From assembly GCA_026416115.1 (NCBI GenBank), contig JAOAFU010000206.1:1-62024 (forward strand): a stretch of DNA of 62,024 nucleotides, in the 5' to 3' direction. Positions 10,064 to 18,139 of the stretch are shown here, one piece after another. Source of the stretch: Bacteroidales bacterium (GTDB lineage Bacteria; Bacteroidota; Bacteroidia; Bacteroidales; DTGW01). Numbering within the stretch: the first letter of the stretch is position 1; each line of letters starts with the position of its first letter. A program made the position numbers and the translations under genes. The notes beneath the pieces were generated by a model. It had not been told where the DNA came from. It saw only the letters and a program-made list of their open reading frames with translations, and did not search any database.

Positions 10064-11800
10064 TTATTGATTTAAATCGCCAACAAAAAATTCAAGATTA
10101 ATCGATGTTTTGTTGCCGAGCATATCCCACGCACTTATTTTTAAATTGTTTTGTCCTTTAAAACCAGTTAAGAAACCAGTGAGTTCTTTTTCAGGAGAGT
10201 TATTGAGCGAAAATGTTATTTTCTGAACAGAAGTATGGTTGTCATTTGCCGAAATATAGAGTTTGGTGTAGGAGGGGTAAACATACCGAGTTTCATTTTG
10301 GTGAGAGATAGGGTAGGAAGGGGATGAAAAAAGGGTATAAACATTGGGTCCTTGATTATCGGTAAAAATAATAAGTGATTGTGATGTAATATTATCAACG
10401 TTATCGGAGGCGGAAATATCGAGCAGATGTCGTCCATCCGATTCAACACCGAAAGAAGATTCATATTTTTGATAATCTTTTTTATCAACGGAAAAGAGTA
10501 TTTCGTTCAAACCAGCTTCGCTATCGTTAGCATATAATTTTATTTTTGTGGCCTTACTAATGAAAATAGTGTCACCAATCTGAAGATAAGGGCCTTCGAA
10601 GCGATAACCGATGGTTGGACCTGTAAGATCGACATAAGGAAGTGAAGCATTTTGTGTACCCTCTGATATTTCGCTACGGTTGTTAACATAATCGAGTGCA
10701 TATGCTCTAATACTGATATTGCCTCCCGTGTTGTTGAGCATGACAGGTTTTTCATACTTTTTATATTCACTATTGTTTATCGAATAATAAATTTCTTTTG
10801 TCCCGGCTTTATTATCAATTGTAGTTAGTTTGAGAAGAGATCGCCCCGAAGAGAACTCTTTACCATTAATAATATAGGTTTTCCCCATTATTTCGGGAAT
10901 GATAGTGGGAGGTGTTTTGTCGACATAAAAGCTAAAGTTTTTTTTCTCGGTAATGTTACCTACTTTGTCTTCTGCCCAGTAGGTAATTATATACTCCCCC
11001 TGTGCAAGAGTATTAATTTCAATGGGTCTTCGATATATCAACGGATTGTTTTCGTTAATAGAGTAAAACAAATTGTCTGTTTCGCTAATAGTGTCTTCTG
11101 CCTGAAAAATTATACGTGCATTACCCGCAAGGATCTGTTCATGAAAATCACCTTTAATTTCCATTGAAATTTTAGGAGCTGTTTTATCAACCACAATCAA
11201 TAGGGTATGAATTTCCTCAATGTTGCCAACATTATCAAAAGCAAAATATTTAATAGTATACTCTTTTTGTTCCGAGAGGACAATAGCAGAGGAATATTCG
11301 GCAAATGGGCTTCCATCGATACTGTACAAAATTTTATCAACCCCCGAAAGAGCATCAGAAGCAGAGAGTATGATCTTAGTTTCGCCGGATACGTATATTT
11401 TGCCTTTTCGCAATTGTTGTCGCTTGGTGTCTATACTAATACGACTTACAGGCGGTTTACTATCGGCATAAACCTCAAAAATAATGTTGCGCTTTGGCAA
11501 AACAACCTGTTTTGTGCTCGTATCGACACAAGATGGGCTTTGTATGGTATTTAATCCTTCTGTGTCGAGGTACATAGGGTTGGTATAACGTTTTGTAGCA
11601 TCGCTTTCTAAGCGTGTAACCCCATGGCTGGCATCGGGTTGGGTACCTATAAACAGGTAGAGGGGTAGCGACTTATTGATGTATAACTTACCGTCGGGCG
11701 ATTTATACATCTTTTTTTCAATAGTTGGAAGCACTTGCGATAATGCAACTACTTCCAGAAAACAAACAAGGGAGAACAAAATCAATCTTTTAGTTTTCAT
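10064..11800 (-). CDS. Secreted protein with five tandem ~90-aa Ig-like repeats; function unknown
   Basis: The signal peptide is MKTKRLILFSLVCFLEVVALSQ (ATG at 11800; the track ORF is extended upstream). The repeat pattern is [AS]xDxxSGxxxIxYSIDxxxxxxYxxxIxLxxxGxxxIxYxAxDxxGNxE....VDKTxP. The repeat boundaries are VDKTAPKI, VDKTPPTI, VDLTGPTI and TDNQGPNV. Confidence 0.7.
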   Translation of the reverse strand: MKTKRLILFSLVCFLEVVALSQVLPTIEKKMYKSPDGKLYINKSLPLYLFIGTQPDASHGVTRLESDATKRYTNPMYLDTEGLNTIQSPSCVDTSTKQVVLPKRNIIFEVYADSKPPVSRISIDTKRQQLRKGKIYVSGETKIILSASDALSGVDKILYSIDGSPFAEYSSAIVLSEQKEYTIKYFAFDNVGNIEEIHTLLIVVDKTAPKISMEIKGDFHEQILAGNARIIFQAEDTISETDNLFYSINENNPLIYRRPIEINTLAQGEYIITYWAEDKVGNITEKKNFSFYVDKTPPTIIPEIMGKTYIINGKEFSSGRSLLKLTTIDNKAGTKEIYYSINNSEYKKYEKPVMLNNTGGNISIRAYALDYVNNRSEISEGTQNASLPYVDLTGPTIGYRFEGPYLQIGDTIFISKATKIKLYANDSEAGLNEILFSVDKKDYQKYESSFGVESDGRHLLDISASDNVDNITSQSLIIFTDNQGPNVYTLFSSPSYPISHQNETRYVYPSYTKLYISANDNHTSVQKITFSLNNSPEKELTGFLTGFKGQNNLKISAWDMLGNKTSINLEFFVGDLNQ

Positions 11801-11831
11801 ATTTTCTTTCCGATTGAGTTCGATATTAAAT

Positions 11832-12215
11832 TCATTCGCTAACATGTTGTACAAACTGAAATGGTAAATTTACGAGTGATTGAAATTCTTTACCGGTACT
11901 AAACATATCTTCGTCGAGATCTTGATAATGCCAGAAAACCTGAATATTAACATTTCGGTCGACAAGTGCCTCAAGATAATTTAATATGTCAAGAATAGCT
12001 TTAGCCGATGCTGAATTGAAATAGTTAAGGTATATGTGCAGTTCGTTATTTGGAGCTGGTTTTTCGATATATTGTGATAGCCATTCAAAAACTCTCTGAT
12101 AAAATCCAGCTACATCTTCCGGAATTGAATTTCCAATAATTTCAAGCTTGCCCGATTCTGGATCAAAATGAATAGCAGGTGTATTTTGACCCTCAGGAAT
12201 TACCAATGGTTCCAT
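11832..12215 (-). CDS. DUF1987 / SiaC-like regulatory phosphoprotein
   Basis: The 127-aa protein reads PLVIPEGQNTPAIHFDPESGKLEIIGNSIPEDVAGFY...LHIYLNYFNSASAKAILDILNYLE...VFWHY. This matches the DUF1987 family architecture as I recall it from P. aeruginosa SiaC. The gene starts 3 nt after the upstream PP2C gene. Confidence 0.75.
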   Translation of the reverse strand: MEPLVIPEGQNTPAIHFDPESGKLEIIGNSIPEDVAGFYQRVFEWLSQYIEKPAPNNELHIYLNYFNSASAKAILDILNYLEALVDRNVNIQVFWHYQDLDEDMFSTGKEFQSLVNLPFQFVQHVSE

Positions 12216-12218
12216 AAT

Positions 12219-14405
12219 TTAAAGATTTAAATGTTTTTTAATAACCGAAAGGAAATTTTTCAGGTTAATGGGTTTTGAAATATGTGCATTACAGCCTGCA
12301 GCCAAAATGCGCTGTATATCGTTTTCGTCGCCAAATGCTGTTTGAGCCACAATGGGGATTACTGGATTGAATTTTCGAATTTCTTTGGTAGCCTCAATTC
12401 CATCCATTTCGGGCATACGAATGTCCATGAGTATAAGGTCGAAGTGTTGTTTTTTACATAATTCAACAGCTTCTTTTCCGTTCAATGCCCTAACTATATT
12501 AGCATTGGTTTTTTTAAGAGCCTCGACTAGTAGAAAATAGTTTATATCTACATCTTCAGCAATCAGAATATTTTTTCCACTCCATTGATATTCTGTCGAT
12601 GCGGAAGGTATAATATGTTGTGTATATTTAATACCCAAGACCAAAACATCATCTAATTGTTCGTTGTCCCCTCTCCAACTTTCAAAATACTCTTCAAGAA
12701 GTTTCTGTTGTTCGCTCATGGGAAGATTACAAATATCGAGCAAGTATTTTCGAAAGTTCACGCTCAGCATTTTCATACGCTTGGGTCCACCAATTTGATC
12801 GTAAAAACCATCCGAAAACAAATATATTTGATCGTTATATTCTAGTTTTATTTCCCTATTGGTAAAAGATTTGTTTTCGGATTTATATATCCCTATAGGC
12901 ATACGATCGGCCTCGATGACTTGTAATTCGCCGTTTCGGATAAGGTAGGCTGGATTGTGGGCGCCTGCAAACTCCATAGTTTTGTTCTCAAAATCAATAA
13001 CACAAAGAGCTATATCCATTCCATCCTTCGATTCGGTAGGACGACCAGTTTGATGGAGCGACTGAATTACGTAATTACGAAGTTCGTTTAAAATATCGCT
13101 AGCATGAAAGGTAACGATATGCCGATTGATTGTCATTTTGCTAACAATTTCGTTCAAAAATGCTATTCCGAGCATACTCATAAACGCACCCGGTACTCCG
13201 TGTCCCGTACAGTCGGCAACAGCAATAACACTAATGTTATCTTTCGACGATATCCAATAAAAATCACCACTCACAATATCTCTTGGTTTGAAAAGAATAA
13301 AATGCTGTGGAAAAATTTTTTCAAATACATAACGTGGAGGTAAAACGGCATTTTGAATTCGTTGGGCATACATAATACTATCGGTAAGTTTCTTTTTCTG
13401 TTCGGTTACAATAGCATGTTGTTTTTCAATTTCTTGTTTTTGTTCTGCAACCTGACGATGACTTTCCGAAAGCATTGCATTGGCTATCTTAATTTTACGT
13501 AATTGTTTAAATATTACAAACAAAAAGAGCGAAATAAGCAAAATAATGAATACCAACGATGCCAGAATAATATTAGTAACCTGTTGATGTGCTTTCTGTA
13601 TCCTTTCTTTTGCCTGAAACTCCTTTTCTCTCAAATCGCGTAACTCTTTTTCCTGTTCAAGTAATTTAAGCGTCAGCTCTTTTTCGGTATTCACTCTATC
13701 AAGTTCTTCGCTAAGAACTCTTTTCTCAGCTTCTTTCGCGTTAACTTCTGCTTCTGCTTTTTTAGTGAGGTCCTCGTAACGCTTCAACTCTTCTTTTTGC
13801 ATCATGTTACGAAGCGAAGAAGCAAGTTCGAAATACTCTTTTGCCTTGTCTGGCCGTCCCAATTTTTCGCTATTCTCCGATAGCATGCCATATATTGTCT
13901 TCAGTGCTTTTAGATCGTTTAATTCCTGTGCCAGACTTAAAGCTCTACTAAGGTTGTTATTGGACTCGTTGTAGTTTTGTTTACCTTGTTGTGCAAGCGC
14001 TATATTGATAAGATCTTGAACAATATCGGGCTTTTTGTTATATTTTTCATTTAATTTCAACGATTGTTTGAAACTTTCTATGGCTTCGTCGTAGTTGTTC
14101 ATCTCCGACTGCAAATAGCCTATGTTGGTGTTTAATACTTTAATGGCATTGTAATTACCAAGTTTTTCGTTTGTTGTAATGGCCTTTTTAAACCATTCTA
14201 TTGCCTGTCGATAATTTCCTTTATCTCTATAAAGAAAGCCAAGTTTAGTTTGCGTTTTGGCAAGCTCAATCTGATTACCTGCTTGTTCGTACTTTACACA
14301 CATCGTTTCGAGCTCGGCTATGTCGTTGGAAGACTGAGCTGTTAATAATTCAAACATTAAAAGGAGTGTAATAAATAATTTCAATTTTATTATTGCTAGT
14401 TTCAT
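12219..14405 (-). CDS. TPR-repeat, membrane-spanning SpoIIE/PP2C-family protein phosphatase with a C-terminal receiver domain
   Basis: N-terminal signal, then TPR-like repeats (YRQAIEWFKKAI, YDEAIESFKQSL) and a coiled coil. A TM helix (ILASLVFIILLISLFLFVIF) follows. PP2C motifs are SGDFYW, VADCTGHGVPGAFMS, DGMDIALC, FSDGFYDQ and DDVLVLGI. The receiver has LILMDIRMPEMDG and ISKP. I preferred the ATG at 14405 over the TTG at 14426. Confidence 0.85.
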   Translation of the reverse strand: MKLAIIKLKLFITLLLMFELLTAQSSNDIAELETMCVKYEQAGNQIELAKTQTKLGFLYRDKGNYRQAIEWFKKAITTNEKLGNYNAIKVLNTNIGYLQSEMNNYDEAIESFKQSLKLNEKYNKKPDIVQDLINIALAQQGKQNYNESNNNLSRALSLAQELNDLKALKTIYGMLSENSEKLGRPDKAKEYFELASSLRNMMQKEELKRYEDLTKKAEAEVNAKEAEKRVLSEELDRVNTEKELTLKLLEQEKELRDLREKEFQAKERIQKAHQQVTNIILASLVFIILLISLFLFVIFKQLRKIKIANAMLSESHRQVAEQKQEIEKQHAIVTEQKKKLTDSIMYAQRIQNAVLPPRYVFEKIFPQHFILFKPRDIVSGDFYWISSKDNISVIAVADCTGHGVPGAFMSMLGIAFLNEIVSKMTINRHIVTFHASDILNELRNYVIQSLHQTGRPTESKDGMDIALCVIDFENKTMEFAGAHNPAYLIRNGELQVIEADRMPIGIYKSENKSFTNREIKLEYNDQIYLFSDGFYDQIGGPKRMKMLSVNFRKYLLDICNLPMSEQQKLLEEYFESWRGDNEQLDDVLVLGIKYTQHIIPSASTEYQWSGKNILIAEDVDINYFLLVEALKKTNANIVRALNGKEAVELCKKQHFDLILMDIRMPEMDGIEATKEIRKFNPVIPIVAQTAFGDENDIQRILAAGCNAHISKPINLKNFLSVIKKHLNL

Positions 14406-14748
14406 CTGATTGGCTTTTGCTGTCAATAGTAAAGTTAATAAACTTTCTTAATTGCCATGCGGAAAATGATTAATTTATTATAAGTTTATTTAATATTCGA
14501 AATTTTTCTCAAAATGGTTTCATTTCTTTCGTGTAATAGTTACACTTGTTTAAATGTGATATGATTAATAATGTATTGATAAACAGAATATTGATTATTT
14601 TTAGATGATCAAAAATTGTCAAACTATTGACTTTTATCAATTGATTTCCTGATAAATTTTCAAAATAGTGTAAAGAGCTTCCTGGCATTTTTAATTAACT
14701 TTATTTTAAGAAACTACAAATTACTAAACCACAAACTACTGCCAGGCT

Positions 14749-15204
14749 ATGAAAACAAAAGAAGACGACTTTGCTGAAGTATCGTACAATCCTTTCCTAC
14801 ATGCTGTTGTAGTAAAATGGAAAAATGTCGACACGCTCAATGAATGCCAGATTACGCTCAATGCTGTTATCGAAACCCTTCTATGTTTTAACAGCAAAAA
14901 AGTAATCTCCGACATGAGTTATGGAAAAACTTATTCGGGTGTCGTAACCGACTGGTTGAAGGTAGAGTTCATTCCTAAATTGTTAGGGAATGGGGTAAAA
15001 AAAATGGCTTTTTTGGTCGAAAATGCCAACATGAGCGGTTTTTTTAGACAGAAACTTACCAAGGATGCAGCTGCCATGGGTAGCATACTAAAACTTTTTT
15101 ACAATCGCAGGGAAATGGAGGGATGGATTAAAGATTATGAACTCATCCCCAAACCTGCAATAAGTAATGCTGAAGATGCAGCACGCTTTGGTTATTTCTT
15201 ATAG
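14749..15204 (+). CDS. Hypothetical protein, possibly of the SpoIIAA-like/STAS fold
   Basis: The 151-aa protein shows the pattern VSYNPFLHAVVVKWKN...KKVISDMSY...WLKVEFIPKLLGNGVKKMAFLV...EGWIKD. This resembles SpoIIAA-like (DUF3478-type) modules. The fold assignment is by eye only. Confidence 0.45.
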   Translation: MKTKEDDFAEVSYNPFLHAVVVKWKNVDTLNECQITLNAVIETLLCFNSKKVISDMSYGKTYSGVVTDWLKVEFIPKLLGNGVKKMAFLVENANMSGFFRQKLTKDAAAMGSILKLFYNRREMEGWIKDYELIPKPAISNAEDAARFGYFL

Positions 15205-15224
15205 TTGTTTTTATTGAAAGGGTC

Positions 15225-15257
15225 AGCTCCGGTAAGTAAAACCGGAGCTTTTTTATG
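15225..15257 (+). terminator. Rho-independent terminator between converging genes
   Basis: A perfect 9-bp stem pairs AGCTCCGGT (15225-15233) with ACCGGAGCT (15241-15249). The loop is 7 nt and TTTTTTAT follows. The T-run overlaps the stop codon of the converging gene at 15253. Confidence 0.65.
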
Positions 15258-15882
15258 CACAGCAATCGGAACATTTACCTTGATTATTGGATTTTTGAAA
15301 AGCTTCTATTCCTTCTTTAAATGAGAAATACGCTACTCCTGCAGCTCCCATTGCATCGATATAAGGTATACGTAGAAAATGGTATAATGCACTAGCAACT
15401 AAAACTACTATCGAAAGGTAAACACAAACTAAGCCACAACGCGCATCGGCAATGATGGGTGCAGAGTTTAATTTTCGTCCTACTCTGATCTTGGCATTAT
15501 AAAGAAAAAGCATAAAAATGATACTGATAATGGTAATAATAATTCCGGGAACGGCGCTTATCGGTTCTTCGCGGTAAATAATGTTTCTAATAACACCATA
15601 TAACAAACCAATTCCAAGAATCCAAAAACTTATGGAGGTAATTCTGAGTGCATACCGCTCTAAACGGGGTTTATGTTCGGCCTCGTTATTCTTAATTCTA
15701 TGTAGCATAACGATAATGCCACTGGCAGAAATAGTCTCAATAAAACTATCTACTCCAAAGCCAAAAAGGGACAACGAATCTTCTGTCCAACCAAAATATA
15801 CCGATACTAACCCTTCGAGAATATTATAAATAACAGTTAGGTATGCCAGTATAATGGCTCGTGTCCATAATTTGTTTTCCAT
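15253..15882 (-). CDS. Cation diffusion facilitator-like membrane protein; transmembrane domain only, with a Cys-rich tail
   Basis: The N-terminus NILEGLVSVYFGWTEDSLSLFGFGVDSFIETISASGII resembles CDF TM1-2 with the acidic pair. It has about 6 TM helices and ends ...GKCSDCCA. Confidence 0.6.
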   Translation of the reverse strand: MENKLWTRAIILAYLTVIYNILEGLVSVYFGWTEDSLSLFGFGVDSFIETISASGIIVMLHRIKNNEAEHKPRLERYALRITSISFWILGIGLLYGVIRNIIYREEPISAVPGIIITIISIIFMLFLYNAKIRVGRKLNSAPIIADARCGLVCVYLSIVVLVASALYHFLRIPYIDAMGAAGVAYFSFKEGIEAFQKSNNQGKCSDCCA

Positions 15883-15921
15883 CGTTTTTTAAAGAAAAAC
15901 AAAATGTCAAGCAATTTGTTT

Positions 15922-16818
15922 TTACCGGCTTAATTTTATTCCATTAAATACGCCCTGAGTTATTTGAACAAACTTTTTATCGCTTGCCCTATATAGCAAA
16001 CAAATAAAGCTTCCTTGCGCTAATGAGTCGGAAGTTATTTCAGTTACAACCATTTTACCATCAACTACGGGTGAGTCGCTCGACAAATATGGGATTGTAT
16101 CGTTCGATGCGGTATAGTACATGGCTATGTTGCAATTGTTGCTATTGAGAGCATATGTACCTTTGAATCGACTACAAATTTTGAAATAAAGTTTTTCACC
16201 CTTTGTATTTTCGCTCTCGATGGTTATGAATTCATTTGAAATTTTTCCTTTAGAGATCGACGATGTCCATAATTTTCCTCCTATGTATGCTCTGATACCG
16301 GATGAAGGATAATTTTCTTTGGTGTAGCTTACGTTGGTAAATCCTCCTGAAGAGATAGTGATCGTTTTCTTTGTTCTATTATTATAAACATAAAAAATAA
16401 AAGACCCCGACGCAACAAGCGAGTCTTTACTGAAAGATGAAAGATAAACTATACCTCCTGCATATAGATTGGAGTATGTAGTGTAAATATCGGTTGAATT
16501 GGAAGGTATATAGGTTGCCCAATGTGAACTTGAAGAATTAAGTTCGTATGTTTTACCAATTATGGTGTCATTTATGGTTAGGGTGATATTACCTAAGGCC
16601 GAATCGAGCCCTGTTATTGTAAGCTGTTTTCCGCAAAGGTATCCCGAATAATTAAAAGCTTTCCATGGAGTGTTGTCGACTTTAGCTTCGATTCCTTCGG
16701 TCACCGAATCGGCACCTGGAGGTCCTGCATTACCACCTTCGTCGATTGTACAACTGTACATTATAAAAAAAAATGCTCCATACAAAAGGAAGTTTTTAAA
16801 ATTAGGTTTTTTAAGCAT
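15922..16818 (-). CDS. Lipoprotein with two internal ~125-aa repeats; function unknown
   Basis: The lipobox is FFFIMYSC. Two related halves both show the pattern xxxW.A......G..LTI.G........L.I....GTY.LNS....A.Y. Confidence 0.7.
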   Translation of the reverse strand: MLKKPNFKNFLLYGAFFFIMYSCTIDEGGNAGPPGADSVTEGIEAKVDNTPWKAFNYSGYLCGKQLTITGLDSALGNITLTINDTIIGKTYELNSSSSHWATYIPSNSTDIYTTYSNLYAGGIVYLSSFSKDSLVASGSFIFYVYNNRTKKTITISSGGFTNVSYTKENYPSSGIRAYIGGKLWTSSISKGKISNEFITIESENTKGEKLYFKICSRFKGTYALNSNNCNIAMYYTASNDTIPYLSSDSPVVDGKMVVTEITSDSLAQGSFICLLYRASDKKFVQITQGVFNGIKLSR

Positions 16819-16908
16819 AGCTATAGGTGTTTTAAAATAGTTGGTTAAAATTACAAAATGAAAATGAATATTATAGTAAGCGAAAAGAAAAAAAGACTTT
16901 TTGGTTAG

Positions 16909-16940
16909 AAAAAAATAGAGACGCCTGCATGACGTCTCTA
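16909..16940 (-). terminator. Rho-independent terminator after the beta-barrel gene
   Basis: TAGAGACG (16916-16923) pairs with CGTCTCTA (16933-16940). On the minus strand the stem is followed by a run of seven U (A-run 16909-15 on plus). Confidence 0.7.
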
Positions 16941-16969
16941 CATGAGTATATATTCTAGTTGAGTTTCAA

Positions 16970-18085
16970 TTATCGGAAGCTTATACCCAAACCTGCAGAA
17001 AATAGGTTGTATTTGTCTATCACCGAATAGTCGCCATGTATCGTAAGCAGAGCAAGTTTGAGTCTGAATCCAACAGTAGCTTTAAAGGCGGCTTTCGAGG
17101 CTAGGGTAGCATTAATAGGATCGATGATATTTTTTACACCCAATTTAACAGGTTCATTGTTGCTGACTGAATTTTGAACATCGAGAGCTTTAGGAGTGTC
17201 GGGTACAGGGAAAGCACCAGAAACTTTAAGTTTTGAAGAGGGAGAAACAAGACCAAGTCCGGCATAAACATTAAATATGGGTATGTTGGTCGAAAGCAAT
17301 AAACTAGCGTTAAGGGCAGAGGCCGAAAGTTCAACTTTTTGATCTTTGTATACATTCATATTAAGTCCGCTGGTGTAGAATTGATTTGGATCGGGAGTAA
17401 GAAATTCGCCAGAAACTGAAGTTTTAAAGCTGGTGTAACTAAGGAGAAAACTCATACTCCAAAAAGGTACTTTATTTACTACAGGTATCCATTGTTTTAG
17501 ATCGTGTTTAATACCTACTCCCCACATACCTAGCTTACCATAATCTCCAATTTTAAGGGTAGGCATGTATCGTCCCATTATTTCAGTACCTTTAGGAAGA
17601 CCAATTCCAGCTTGCAGAGCCATAGTGGGTACTATGGGTACATTTAATCCACCCGGCATTTTAAATTTAACCGATACGTCTTGCTGGGAGTTATCAGGGA
17701 GTGTAACTTTCTGTGTGTAAGTTAATTCGGGTCCATCGCTTTTACTCCCGGCTATGGTAGGGCCCGTTGAGGGTGAAGAATATGAGAGTACGGTTAGACC
17801 TTTTGTAGCAAGGTCGTATGTCTTCATAGCAGAGGGAATCGACGCTATAGTTGTGGTGAGGGTAATATCAAAACCTAGAAGGCCATGTGTGTTTGCAGTA
17901 TTATACCAGCCGTTTGAAAGCCCATATGCAAAACCTTTACCCCATGGTTCGAGATAAGCAGATACCAGTTTGTTTGCATCGGCTGTACCTGCAGTAAGCA
18001 TTTTACCTACTTCGTCGAGCTGTGCAAACATTGACGAAGAGCCCAACATTAAAATTAATCCCATCAATCGTTTTGTTCGTTTCAT
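16970..18085 (-). CDS. Putative outer-membrane beta-barrel protein; function unknown
   Basis: It has a signal peptide (LMLGSSSMFAQ) and alternating amphipathic beta-strand patterns throughout. The C-terminus is aromatic-rich: LFSAGLGISFR. Confidence 0.65.
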   Translation of the reverse strand: MKRTKRLMGLILMLGSSSMFAQLDEVGKMLTAGTADANKLVSAYLEPWGKGFAYGLSNGWYNTANTHGLLGFDITLTTTIASIPSAMKTYDLATKGLTVLSYSSPSTGPTIAGSKSDGPELTYTQKVTLPDNSQQDVSVKFKMPGGLNVPIVPTMALQAGIGLPKGTEIMGRYMPTLKIGDYGKLGMWGVGIKHDLKQWIPVVNKVPFWSMSFLLSYTSFKTSVSGEFLTPDPNQFYTSGLNMNVYKDQKVELSASALNASLLLSTNIPIFNVYAGLGLVSPSSKLKVSGAFPVPDTPKALDVQNSVSNNEPVKLGVKNIIDPINATLASKAAFKATVGFRLKLALLTIHGDYSVIDKYNLFSAGLGISFR

Positions 18086-18139
18086 ATTAAGAAGATTTTA
18101 CGGTTAGTATTCTCTAAACAATTAAAATTGAGATATGGT

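Noticed and set aside
16765-16773. Homopolymeric A/T tracts of 8-9 nt occur inside coding regions and could be phase-variation slippage sites. Examples are the A9 in the lipoprotein signal peptide, and the A8/T8 tracts at about 10940, 28824 and 38085.
   Set aside because: They encode Phe-Phe-Phe or Lys-Lys-Lys runs, which are expected at this AT content. The tracts are short for efficient slipped-strand switching, and no alternative in-frame start or frame-restoring pattern is evident.
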